Shown here piece by piece: positions 38,101 through 50,967 of a stretch of DNA of 64,000 nt. The position numbers and the translations under genes were made by a program. How positions within the stretch are numbered: the stretch's first letter is position 1; each line of letters starts with the position of its first letter. Source of the stretch: Pecten maximus (Eukaryota); assembly GCF_902652985.1 (NCBI RefSeq), contig NC_047022.1, positions 40,734,001 to 40,798,000 of the forward strand, read 5' to 3'. Below the pieces are notes generated by a model. That model searched no databases. It saw nothing but the letters and a program-made list of their open reading frames with translations, and had not been told where the DNA came from.

Positions 38101-41100
38101 CCACTAAACCACACCTGTAATACCACTGGTACCATACAGTCACTAAACCACACCTGTAATACCACTGGTACCATACAGTCACTAAACCACACCTGTAATA
38201 CCACTGGTACCATACAGCCACTAAACCACACCTGTAATACCACTGGTACCATACAGTCACTAAACCACACCTGTAATACCACTGGTACCATACAGTCACT
38301 TAACCACACCTGTAATACCACTGGTACCATACAGTCACTAAACCACACCTGTAATACCACTGGTACCATACAGTCACTAAACCACACCTGTAATACCACT
38401 GGTACCATACAGTCACTAAACCACACCTGTAATACCACTGGTACCATACAGTCACTAAACCACACCTGTAATACCACTGGTACCATACAGTCATAAAACC
38501 ACACCTGTAATACCACTGGTACCATACAGCCACTAAACCACACCTGTAATACCACTGGTACCATACAGTCACTAAACCACACCTGTAATACCACTGGTAC
38601 CATACAGCCACTAAACCACACCTGTAATACCACCGGTACCATACAGTCACTAAACCACACCTGTAATACCACTGGTACCATACAGTCACTAAACCACACC
38701 TGTAATACCACTGGTACCATACAGTCACTAAACCATACCTGTAATACCACTGGTACCATACAGTCACTAAACCACACCTGTAATACCACTGGTACCATAC
38801 AGTCACTAAACCACACCTGTAATACCACTGGTACCATACAGTCACTAAACCACACCTGTAATACCACTGGTACCATACAGTCACTAAACCACACCTGTAA
38901 TACCACTGGTACCATACAGTCACTTAACCACACCTGTAATACCACTGGTACCATACAGCCACAAAACCACACCTGTAATACCACTGGTACCATACAGTCA
39001 CTAAACCACACCTAATATACCACTGGTACCATACAGTCACTAAACTACACCTGTAATACCACTGGCACTATACAGCCAAAAGAACACACTGTCTTTTCTC
39101 CAACTTGCCAATCAGTGAAATTGTTACAGCTATTTCTGGGGTTCAGAAAGAGTTAATAGTGATTTATATTAAATGTTTAAATGTGAATTAGATGTAAATT
39201 AGTATTTCAAATGTTGAAATAAAAACATGACTCACATTTATCAGCAGTTCCATCTCCATCGAAGTCTGGCCCCGTTAGACATATAGTAACTTCCTGGAAG
39301 TGTTTACAGAAGTCTCTGTACGACATCCAGAACTCTCCATCATCCTTCAGTTGTAGGCCTATCTCTTTCTTTGTGGCATCATCCACCCAGTGCCAGTTAA
39401 CATCACTAAAACATCAATGGTTTTTACCTGGTAGTTCACCACGTGCACACTACAGTCCAATAACACATACCTACACAGTGTAAACATATAGTGGACATCT
39501 ATATGACAGTTATTTCAGTAAAGGACTTTCTATGGACCATACACAATACATCAAGTAAAAGTCCTGATATCTATACATACCCTATAACTTTTAATTCTAC
39601 AAAAGTATTTATGGCCAGATTTTCAAAACGGAGGTCATGGTGGTCACTTTCAATGTAGTATGGGTCCCATTTTCAGTTAAAGACCATCTATAGATCATGT
39701 ATAACTCATTAATGTTCAGAAAAGATACCATTTTGATTATGGTGGTTTACAGAAGATAGACAGCACATCATGGCATAAGACTTAAAACTTGAAACAGAAA
39801 TGATTTGATGAGAGTAATGAGGACTCCGATCTATAAATAAACCTACTTGTCACTCCAGGATCCCTTCCATTCGTTGTTGTCGGCCCATGGATTTCTGATC
39901 CGTACCAGTTTCTCCTCCCCTCTCTCATGTTTTATCTGCAAATATACAAATATATCAAATCAGTTTCTGTACAGAATTGTCATATATTTCTAACATACAT
40001 ACCTGGTAGTCATTTGAATATTGTCGTGTTGCATATTTTACTTTTCAAACAAGAACAAGGTGGAGAATATAGTAGAGTGTCCTTACCTTTCTGATGTCTG
40101 TGATAGTGTAAGGTGGACAATATAGTAGAGTGTCCTTACCTTTCTGATGTCTGTGATAGTGTAAGCGTGACCAGACACCAATCCATTTGGGTCAGCAATG
40201 GTACTTAATCTCCAATCTCCCTACAAAAAATAAAGAATGCATAAATCAAGAGTATTTTGTTCTTTTATCCAGAAAACAACATTTTGTATCAAACAAAAGT
40301 AATTTGACTTTTTTTCATTTCCTATAATTTGTGGAAGATGAACTTGCTTGTGTACATTTTGAGATACCAAATTAAAACATGAATATTCATTGATATTCTA
40401 CATCTTTTCTTTCACATATCAGCACTTTACATACACAAAGTGTAAGTCTGCTTATACTTCCACAAAGGAAGCACTCTGTGTAAGTATCTGACTTTAGGGA
40501 ACTTGCATTATTATAAGAAAAGTATAATTTTCAATTTTACTGTTGGACCATTATACCTGAAGGAAATCCTAATCAATTTTGTAATCATTATCAATCAGAG
40601 GACGCTATTTTTCAGATACCAATTTCTGTTCAATATCATAACAACTGTGTTGTTTTTAATTGCTAGCCTTGGCAGTTCTCATGATCTCCGGGCTACAGGT
40701 AAATCTAAAATAAAATTAAAATTCAAACAGATAATGAGATACATACAAGGGTAGGTACGTCTTTATAGTATTACTTTTCACAGAAAACTGACCTTCCTGG
40801 AGCAAGCAACAAAGGCCTCAGACAAGATGGCCCGGTCCACCAGTCGGTACAGGATAGGGTCTTTGTTAATGACCTCATGGCGCTCAGCCAAACCACCAGT
40901 CAGGTCCACCAGGGCGTTCATAGCCTGGCCTCCCTCTATAGCCTCATAGGAACCATGCAATCTGAGGGGATTACATAGGCAGTGTATAAAACATGCTAAA
41001 AATATTTATTACTTCTTTTCATTTCAGAATTCATTTTTAATCATATTAGTATAGCAATTCACAAACCAGCAGTAATGAGGCATCACAAGCAATAGAAATT

Positions 41101-44100
41101 GCCTCAGTACCAATTAATGAATCATACCTGACAAAATATCCTGCTATAAACCCTGAGACCAAATTGATAGAAGTATTCTTGTACCATGTACTTGGCCAAT
41201 ACCAGGTGAAGTTTGATCAAAATCCATTTAAAAATGAAGTGGCTTGTGGGATAACAAAATAATAGCTAGTACCAGTGCCCTTGTCCTTGACCTTGAAACC
41301 ATGAAACCTGAACATGTTCATGGTATCCTCATACTTGACCATTATATGAAGCTTTAAGAGAATCCATTTACTGTAAAAATGAAGTCTTTAGAGTACTGAC
41401 AAAGGTAAACATATGTTCATACACACTCACGTACGAACGTAACAGGTATAATAACACCCATTCATACACACTCACGTACGAACGTAACAGGTATAATAAC
41501 ACCCAACCACTTCACCATGAGGGATAATTAATGCGTTGACCTGTTTTCAAAAATTCAAAAATCCAAAACATACACGAACACTTCTATCATACAATTAAAT
41601 ATAGGGTATGAGCCATTTGTAGTGCTTAGTACATGTAGTTGGTAACAAGAGATCGTATCTAAGGGATATGTTCCTAACAAGTTTGCAGATGGACTTATAC
41701 GTATATAAAATGTACATACAATGTAGTAGCCTCCAGTGGTTAATGGTGATGGACTGATAACTGACTGCTACATCAGACATGTTTTACTCACTTGGCATAA
41801 GCCTTTTCTATTAGAGCCACCCAGAACTCTGTAGGGTCTGTACACCTTGCATAGATCAACTTTCCATCAACAGTTGGTAGTCGGTCATCCACGTACACAT
41901 CCACATACTGACCAAAACGCCAGAATTGGAAATGGACAATTCCTTGATAGCCCTCACCAAATAACGGCTGGTCTCCAGGAACAATCTAAAAATAACATAA
42001 TGATGGCTTTGTACAATAAGTATAATAATCTGGATATCTATATGTGTATGCTTCTTTTACACTTACTCTCTTTTTATCTTTCTTTTGAAAATGGCTTGTC
42101 TTTTTATTTACAGTGTTAGTAAACATACTCTGATGTACACAAAACAAAATTCCAGTTCTTTGGTTATGTTAGCTTACTTTTTTCATATAGTTTTCTCTTT
42201 GTGACACGGCAGCACAAGCTGATAAAAACCAGCAGTCCCCCAGGGTTCCCTGTTTGATATCGTCACGGGTAACGCCATCTAGGACAAGGTAAGGTTTCTG
42301 CCACTCTTCAACAAGATCCTGATGAAAAATTGAGACTGGTACTTGACAGGTTAGTCCAAAGAGAGGCTACCTATATATTACTGAAGATGATGTCAGATAT
42401 CTGGGTATCAATACTGGGTATATAATACCAGTATACATTGTACACCAAGGTTATATAGAGACAGACGACATTCGGAGTGGATATAGGGCAGAGTGCCACT
42501 TAATGAAAGTTCATCCTTTTTTAATAAGTGAATAAATGTGACATGAAGATTAAAACTTGTCTATATTAAAATTTAGTGAGACATTTTAATATTAGTGGAT
42601 TTATTAATTTAAAATTCTTATATACCATTTTATCACAGCAATGATATGAGCATATAGTTGTCTTAAAGTGGTTCACAAATAACTGTTCAAAATCATCATG
42701 CCTATTTAATTTAGCTATCAGCCAACAACAATTCTGAGGACAGCTGTCGCTGGCACTAACAGCTTATACGCAATAGTCCAGAATTCTCCTACAGTGTACA
42801 ATGTAGGTTTGGGGTTGGGTCTTTTTTACAAAAAAAAAAAAAAAGAAAAAATGTAAATAGGGAAGGGAAACATTCCAGGAATAAACTAAAGTTTTTGAGA
42901 ATTTGGTTAAATGTGAATTGAGTTTTTAACATTATCAACCCCAAAAAGCCATCAGAAAAAGCCCTGACAGCTGAGTTGACTGGAACAAAGTATAGAACCA
43001 TTGATCACCAGCCCATGCCAGCATCCTACCTCTAGACCGCCTCAAATATAAACAAACACAACCAACCAAATTGAAGGTTTTTTGTATTATTATACACCTG
43101 TACTACTATTTCATACAAAAACCAAAGGATAAACATACTATATTGTATACTTCTATCTTCCATGTTTCTGCTGCCATCACCCATTCCTATTGTGTAGTAA
43201 ACCTGGGCTAGCTAACTGGTCAATATTTTACAAGGCTGACTCTTTTATTTTTCTGGTATTCTGTACAAACACTGTATTTCATGATTTGTGCATAATATTT
43301 GAAAAGTATAATTTGTATTTATAATCATAATACTTACCTTAGGTCTCTTCCATAGGATACCTTGTGTTTCTGGCCTATCGCTGTAGAACAACGCATTATG
43401 GTCTGCAGGGAAGGCCTGATCACAGAACAACTCATAGTTCCCAAGACGACGAAGTTTTTTCTGAATATGTCTTGGATTCTGGAAGTAAACCTTTTTTTTC
43501 AGTCTGGCTGGGATTTATATCATCATCTAACTGAACTCATCAACTAAGATTTTATTAGAGCTGAAATCATCATCAAACATTTTACTGCAGAGCTGAAATC
43601 ATCACCTAGCATTTGGTTATAGAGTTGAAATCATCACCTAATATTTTATTATAGAGGTGAAATTCTCACTCAACATTTCAGTACAAAGGTGAAATCATTT
43701 CATTATAGAGCGGAAATCATCATCTAACATTTCATTATAGAGCTGAAATCATCAACAAACATTTTATTATAGAGCTGAAATAATCAACAAACATTTTATA
43801 GAGGTGAAATCATCAATAAACATTTTATAGAGCTGAAATCACCACCCTACTTTTTATTATAGAGCTGAAATCATCACCTAACATTATGTTATAGAGGTGA
43901 AATCATCACCTAACATTATGTTATAGGGCTGAAATTACCACTGAACATTTTATTATAGAGCTGAAATCATCAACTAACATTTGGTTTGAAATGAAAAAAT
44001 CACCTATTTTTTTATATCATCATAGAGCTGAAATCATCACTTAACATTTTATAATAGAGCTGAAATCGCCAAGGTACATATTTCATTATAGAGTTGCAAG

Positions 44101-44903
44101 CATCACCCAACAGTATATTAGAGAGCTGAAATTGTTACCTAACATTTGGTTATAGAGGGAAAAAAATCACCTGTTTTTTTTTTTTATAACAGAGGTGAAA
44201 TCATCACCTAACATTTCATTATAGAGGTGAAATCATCACTCAACATTTCATTATAGAGGTGAAATTATCAACAAAAGCTTGATTACAAAGGTGAAATCAT
44301 CACCAACTAGCGTTTTACTATAGGGCTGAAATCATCATTTAATATTTGATTTATTTATAGGGCTGAAATCATCATTTAATATTTGATTTATTTATAGAGC
44401 TGAAATCATCAACAAACATTATATTTATTTATAGAGCTGAAATCATCAAAAAAAAGAGATTTATTTATAGAGCTGAAATCATCAACCAACATTTCATTGC
44501 AGATTTCAAATAATCGTCTAACATTTTATTATAGAGCTCAAATTCATAATATAAGATCTTGCATTTTACTCGTTATAGCTGACACCATCGACTAACATTT
44601 TACTACAGAGCTGAAATCATCACCAAACATTTTATTATCGTGTGGTTACAGAGCCTAAAACCTTCATCTACGTACCGAAATTCCAAGTTGGCCGTCTTTG
44701 TATTCTTCCTCGGGAATTTCGAAGTGTGGATCCTCCGAATTCTTTAGAGAGAATTTGAAGGAGTCGGTAGGTAGAGCAGTTCCCTGTGCCGATAACGCAC
44801 TGATCGCTCTCCTCACGGGAACGTGTCTGTTCACAGGGACCCGCAGCTGTGGTTCCGATTTAGTCCTAACAATCGCCTTGTGTTTACTTGGACTCGATCC
44901 CAT
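32126..44903 (-). CDS. Non-classical calpain (CysPc + CBSW/domain III, no penta-EF-hand), 12 coding exons, ~586 aa
   Basis: Exons 44903-44676, 43478-43338, 42318-42178, 41985-41792, 40961-40793, 40220-40140, 39935-39847, 39405-39236, 35925-35809, 34047-33911, 33638-33430, 32210-32126. All are GT-AG with consistent phases (1761 nt). Motifs: [20 protein letters not shown] (Cys), [24 protein letters not shown] (His), RNPW (Asn), [35 protein letters not shown]. Confidence 0.92.
32470..33392. repeat. 32/33-bp minisatellite (TACATACACATATACAACGGAAGCCTGTAGGGT) in calpain intron 11
   Basis: Direct tandem repetition. Confidence 0.93.
34369..35808. repeat. 34-bp minisatellite (GTGACCTTACCTGACAAGGTGAGTATGTATAATT), ~40 copies, at the 5' end of calpain intron 9
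   Basis: Direct tandem repetition. The unit matches the exon 9 end plus donor site. Confidence 0.95.
36010..39078. repeat. 39-bp minisatellite (TAATACCACTGGTACCATACAGTCACTAAACCACACCTG), ~78 copies, filling calpain intron 8
   Basis: Direct tandem repetition, highly homogeneous. Confidence 0.95.
41085..41532 (-). mobile_element. Helitron/HINE-like non-autonomous element in calpain intron 4
   Basis: ACAAGCAATAGAAATTGCC start; motifs GAAGTTTGATCAAAATCC and TGACCTTGA typical of bivalve pearl/HINE repeats; 44-bp internal duplication; GGGATAAT end. Confidence 0.5.
43520..44640. repeat. Degenerate ~32-bp minisatellite (ATAGAGCTGAAATCATCACCTAACATTTTATT) filling calpain intron 1
   Basis: Direct tandem repetition. 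Confidence 0.9.
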
Positions 44904-44929
44904 ATTTCTTTTCCATATCAACCGTTTTT

Positions 44930-45167
44930 AGCATTGAAAACGAGAGTGAAGGGTCCAGCTTGCCGAATGGATTAAATCTTGTTTACATCCGCAACCATTT
45001 TGTATCTAACAAGCACCTGTTGTAAACTCGATTTTGATTGGTTGAATTTTAATTCAATGTGATCTTGATCATCTGTGTGTTTCCTTTTAGTAGTCTTTTA
45101 ATAGTTACACGACTAAGCTCTATGTTGACATTGACGATCATCCATTAACTGGAAAACAAAGATACAG
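44930..45167. promoter_or_regulatory. Putative bidirectional promoter and non-coding first exon of the membrane-protein gene
   Basis: Calpain ATG at 44903 (-). Plus-strand donor CAG|GTAAGC at 45167/45168, and acceptor TTCAG at 45561 just before ATG 45564. Reverse CCAAT box (GATTGG) at ~45036. Confidence 0.5.
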
Positions 45168-45563
45168 GTAAGCAATAAAGTCTTGTCCATTTGCTTTTAG
45201 GTCTTTATACCAGAATCTGACGCGTCTTGGGACCAACAGTTATATTGCTTAAGTTAATACATACGCACAGCAGTATCCTTTTTATTTCATGTAACGGTTC
45301 GATATTGTAGTCCCATGATCAGTCGAAATAGGCTATACATTGATTCAGCCTGTCAGCTGCAGGGACACGCCTGCTCTTGTGCAGGGACGTAATACAGTAC
45401 ATGTATGTCCATGTCTTTTGTTAGGGGTATTTCTGGCTATTTTTTGTTTATCTTATAAGACAAGATATGGTCCTGTTTATGATCTGTTCAATGTTTACAT
45501 AAAATCATATGAGCAAAATCAACATAAATTCATTAGGTAAAAATAGAGTATAATAATTCAGGT

Positions 45564-48500
45564 ATGGCAGACAAGTTTGACTATCTGAGAGGAGCAGCTT
45601 TTTTGGTTGCCTTTCTCCTCCTCGGAGTCTGGAGCCTGCCCTCCTGGTTGATAGCTGACACGGTGTTCACGGCTTTCTCTGGAATTGGACTTTATGTTAG
45701 ACCTGAACTCACCATTCAACTTCAGGTTGGTATTGTTAAGGAGTTGTGATACATGTATTTCTGGTAACTATATTTATGTATTACCATATATTCTTGCTAC
45801 CCTGCATTGATCAGAAAAAATATTTACTCATAGCTTTAAAATCAAAGGTACAGTTGTATAAGCGTGTTTAAATGGAGTTTTATATATTGTACAGTTATGA
45901 AATTTAATGGTATTACATGTAATTATGCTATTGAAACAGGGTGGGGATTTGGGGCAGAGGCAGAATGAGAAACACAATGGTGCAGAGTTCCTTCTTATCA
46001 CATTTATTCCATATAAATATAGTCTCAGTAGGACACCTCTATCAATGTGACAGGGGTTGATCATGAGTCCAAATACAAATTCCGTCCTTTTTTGACAATA
46101 AACCTTATCATGGCTCTTTGTATCCCCTGGTGGTCTGACTAGCTCTGTCCCAGCTCTGCATGTGCAGGGTGGGCCAGGTGTGCGAGAGGTTGTCACATGT
46201 ATATGGTTACAGGTGAAGGGTGCCAGGTATGAGGTCTAGGGTCACAAATACAAAACATAAACACAAGCACATGGCACTTGACATGGACACTGACACAGAA
46301 CAGGACTTGATTACAGTTGCATAGACAGTGACATACATTTGACACCAGAAACTCACAACCTCACTTTTACTATACACACTGTTTAAAATATTATATGAAA
46401 AATGTATTAAAATATTAACTTTAATTTCCAAGACTGTATGTCTCCGCCACACTATGTATGTTTATCATTATTTTGATGGTTTTAGACAGTGCTACTAGAG
46501 GAAAAACTGATAATGTTATCATGATGTTATCAAGATATTTTTTGAATGTTGTAATACTTTTTTTTTTCTATATCATCATTTATCCCTCCTCTGCTTTCAG
46601 ACCCAAGACCTGAAGCTTGACATTCTCCACTGTCATCTGAATCGAGTGTTTGGGTCTTTTCTGATTGGTTCAGCTGTAATATGGTGTATCTGTAGATCAT
46701 CCAAGGACAGTACAGTCACAGCGGCTCTGTTGTGGTCAAGATTTATGGTAATGGTTAAGGATGTAATCCCCCATCATGTGTACATTGTATGTGACACATT
46801 TGACTAAAATAACTTCTATCAAAAGTTTATATATTGTACCAAAAACATGTTTTTTTTTAGAATCCTCCAACTTATTTACATTGTGTGTATCTTGAGCTTT
46901 CATTCAATAAGTTGTTTCATTCTTCACTTATTCTTTCCAATTTCTTTTATAGGGATTGATATGCCTTCTTTCCATAGTTGTTACTGGCCATTTTGCAAAT
47001 AGAAAACTTTTTACTGACAAGGTAAGTAAACTGTTTATAGTACCAATGCCATAGCTTTCTCAGATAATGTATTATTTATTTGAAGGGTGTTAGAGCTGAT
47101 CCTATTTGATAGCATAATAATAATATAGTATTAAATGATACTTATTTGAGAAAAAAAAACATTTTTTTCTTCATATCTATTACAGCATCTATGGTTTGGT
47201 GTGCTAGGAAATTCCTTGTGGTGGCTTGCAAATGCTGTACAGTTATTGAAGTCTCGACCCAAAATCAGTGAAGGGCCTAATAAACAGTCAAGGGGGATAA
47301 CTCTAATATGCAACCTCAACTTGTTGATGTTGACCCTTGTATCCTTGGCATTCATGGCCTTCCCACTCATGACAACAGGTATAAAGGTATGTTATAAATA
47401 ATGAGCTTTGTCATTGAGTCCTATTATGGCTTTAGATGGACAGGGTTTGTTGTAGTTTCTTAAGGATTAAGTACATTTTCAAATTATAGACCCAGATTAT
47501 AATACTACATATAGCCACAAGTTTATCACATTAGTCTTATCCAGATAAAATAAGTGAGAACTCTCAAATTGGTTTCTAAGGAAGACATGCAAATTTGACT
47601 CAGACAGTATGTTTTCTCTACAGAGACTATTGTGTGACGTATGTTTTTGGTTACTACGACATCATATATTATCTATGACATCATATATTATCTATGACAT
47701 CATATATTATCTATGACATCATATATTATCTATGACATCATATTAGTGTTATGACATGTGTCTTGTTGATATTTATGACATGGCTGTGTTAGGTATACAG
47801 TAGAACAGGAAAATCATATGATTAAATAATTAAATTAATTAAATGAGGTGATGAGTATGTCTGATGTATTTGTTGTAACAGGGAAGAAAGCTGGACAAGT
47901 ACCACCTACACACAGCCAGAAGTATTGGAGCTCTTGCCATGTGTTTCAGCATCCTCACATGGTTTGTGCCAAAGTTCATCAACAAACGAGATGTCAGGGC
48001 AGTGTTTAGTGGACAGGTCTTGGTAAGTTCTAGACTAATTCAAAACTTATCAGATAAAAGTTATATAAAATATTTATACCGTTTCACCAAAAACACAATC
48101 AATGTCATAGTCTACAAAAATACTTGTTTGAGGATGTTTGGGGATGAGGTAAGAGTTGGGCCCCAGCCAACAGTCCTAGTTTCGGACAGAAAACTTTGTA
48201 TGTTATGGACCTATTGAGAGGGGCTTCTTACTGGAAAGGAATGCTTATGGAGATTCTGTTTACATGATGTTTTGTATGGTATGAGATGGTAGTGTGTTGA
48301 ATATTTTGTTTTTAATTTATTGCCAGACTGTCGTTTTGGTGTACACAGCTAAAGCCTATATGCAATATACCACTAAGATCATGGGTCGTGGGGAGGTCCT
48401 TGGCTGGACATTGATGTACCTTCCTCTTCTCCTACTACCAATGAACGGGATGATCCTGACTTACTTAAACGACACAAAAACTGCTCCAGATACAAGTGCT

Positions 48501-48569
48501 GAGATCTCGGAGTCGGATAAGGAAGTAGACGAGGAAACGGTAAAAGAGGAGGCCAAGAAAGGGAGATAA
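45564..48569 (+). CDS. Uncharacterised polytopic membrane protein A (~320 aa) with an internal 2-fold repeat; possibly TP53I11-like
   Basis: Exons 45564-45725, 46601-46747, 46953-47021, 47186-47386, 47882-48022, 48327-48569. All GT-AG, phase 0, open frame. About 8-9 hydrophobic segments; ends KKGR. Matches paralog B exon for exon. Confidence 0.88.
47658..47745. repeat. 19-bp tandem repeat (GACATCATATATTATCTAT)
   Basis: About 4.5 direct copies. Confidence 0.85.
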
Positions 48570-49042
48570 CTGGTCAGACTACACAAGGCAGATGTTGGCC
48601 ATTACAAAGTGTAATATGGTCATTGGTTATACATATTTATTGTCCAGGCTAAAATCAAACTATTCCCTTAGGTTTTTATATAAAAATATTTCCCCCCATA
48701 ATAATGAGATACTCCTATGGTAATATATATAACAATAGTAAGTCATAATAAAAATAGTCATGAAGGTTAATCAACTTATAACAGTGTCAGTTTAAAGTGT
48801 CCATCTGTTTCCACATTGCATTTTATCTCATTACATAAGGTATCTCTTAAGCACATGTGCTTTATACCAGACATATTCAGTTTATTTTGAAAGAAATATA
48901 TCATTGTAGTACATGATGTATTCAGTGTGTGGACAAACAAAAATATTTCTTATAATCTGCATTTGCATTAGTATATAAGGAAAATATTTATTTAATTGAA
49001 AAATATGGGACTATGTAAAAATAATGACCAATACTGAAAGTC

Positions 49043-49365
49043 TACTGTAAAAGTGGAAATGTTCGCGGCATGGAAATTTTCGCTTATTTTGCGAACATTA
49101 AATATCCGCGAAAATATCCACATGCGAATATAATAACACGTGAAAATATTGGCACGCGAATATTTCCACCAAATAAACTAAATACACTATTATCCAAGAC
49201 GCAAGTTCCTGGTAGTAAACCTACTTTATATACATGGCTAATGACATCGCAACGCGAAAATACCTTTTCAACATGACTGACAGCGCAAAAATATCCACAC
49301 CGCGAACAGTTTGGAGGCTGACTAAGCAAAAATTTCAACGCGTGAAAATATCCACTTTTACAGTA
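49043..49365. mobile_element. MITE with TA-flanked TIRs
   Basis: TACTGTAAAAGTGGAAATGTTCGCG ... CGCGTGAAAATATCCACTTTTACAGTA; internal CGCGAAAAT repeats. Confidence 0.85.
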
Positions 49366-50420
49366 TGTGTATGATAGTGAATTGTGCTGGAGTGTCTAGA
49401 ATAGGTCCAGGGTTTGATACTAAGCAGTTGTTTGAGTGAGTGTGTATTTGTAATACTAGATCTCGGTGTGTGTGTAAACACCTCACCAATAGTTGTTGTC
49501 ATTTCTAACATCGTCTTCTGTTTTAATGTATAAGTCCCCTTATTGTCAATTTTTTTGTCCCAGACAGGGTATATTCATTACCCTATAATTGCCAAATATG
49601 AAAATACCTTTTGTGATGTTCGAGTATTACTCAGTCTGTATATCACATCTCATTTTACAGAGTTATGTCCCTTTATTTTTCGTATCTCACTTCGTCTCTG
49701 GTATACCTCTACAATGTGCTGCTACTGCCTAACTTATGTACTTGTATGTATTTTAAGGTCTGATGAAATGGATTTTGTGCATGTATACATATTTATATAT
49801 ATAGAACAAAGAAGTAGTTCAACAGTGTTGACAATGAAAGATGTCAAATTTTCGAGGCACTACACCCTTTCATCAAGACACAAAGTATACAAACACAATC
49901 ACATGATATAAACAGTACTAGAAATACAGTAAGATACAGTAAGAGTAATCTATATTGTAGTTGAAAAAAACCCAACCATGAACCCTTTGGCTATCGTGAG
50001 CCAAAGACAGATGCTAGAATATGCACAGAACCATGTTCTATGATGGAACGCTTTATGGTTGTTTATTATTCAGCTACTTTCATTGTCTACACTTGGATCA
50101 AGATGTATGGCTGTTGGGTGATCTTAACCATTATCAAGCTTCCAGGATCAAATTTGTTAAAACACTCAATCAACTTCTTCTGATTAAAGGTCTTGAATCA
50201 AGATGTAAGGTACAGGTAGGTTCCTGTGATGAGGCATGAGAAAATTCCTTTCCTTGTTACATGCGCGACAAAATTTTGAAACAAAATCACCTTGACCTAC
50301 ATATTTATATTAAAGTTAATTTATCAAAACAGAGAAACAAATTCTTTTGATTAACTGAAAAGTATAGAGACACCAAAGAAGTGAATACCAGGTGAATGAT
50401 AGGCCCATTGGGCCACTTGT

Positions 50421-50896
50421 TTTACTAGCTCACCCGAAGGGCCGGTTAGCTTATGTCATGGTACGGCGACTGTCGTACATCAGTCATCCGTCAACATTCC
50501 CTTTAAATACACTAGTCAAAAAGTCCTGAATAGATTTGAACCAAATTTGGTCAGAAAGATCCCATAATCATATAGGACATTGTTGGACATCAAGAGATAA
50601 ATTCAATCCTAATGTAAAAAAAGGCCCAGGGTTCTTTCTCCACCCTACGGGACTCGGTTCCTTTAAACACAATCATGTTGTAAAAACAATTCCCTGGGTT
50701 CTTTTCACACGCCTTGGGAGTCTGGACTTGGTTTCTGGGTTATATCATTGAAGCAGTTGAGATCCCCACGTCATAACCATATATGGCATTGTTTGACATC
50801 AACGAATGAAGCTATAAATGAATTGAACATGAACATTATTTTTATTTTTGGTCAAATCAAACCAGGTAAGCAATACAGGCCCTCTGGGCCTCTTGT
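50421..50896 (+). mobile_element. Helitron/HINE-like non-autonomous element
   Basis: Start TAGCTCACCCGAAGGGCCGGTTAGCT; end AGGCCCTCTGGGCCTCTTGT. Preceded by another 3' end, AGGCCCATTGGGCCACTTGTT, at ~50401. Confidence 0.7.
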
Positions 50897-50967
50897 ATAA
50901 AGTTTTACGTTATGTTTTACTAGAATGATCTCAATCATCCAACTTATTTCTGGGATTTGATTTGCAT

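Noticed and set aside
35999-39011. Long repetitive minus-strand ORFs ([13 protein letters not shown] / [13 protein letters not shown])
   Set aside because: Translations of the 39-bp satellite inside calpain intron 8. Exons 8 and 9 join in phase without them.
28092-39078. CRISPR-like appearance of the regular repeats
   Set aside because: No unique spacers and no cas genes; the context is eukaryotic and intron-containing.
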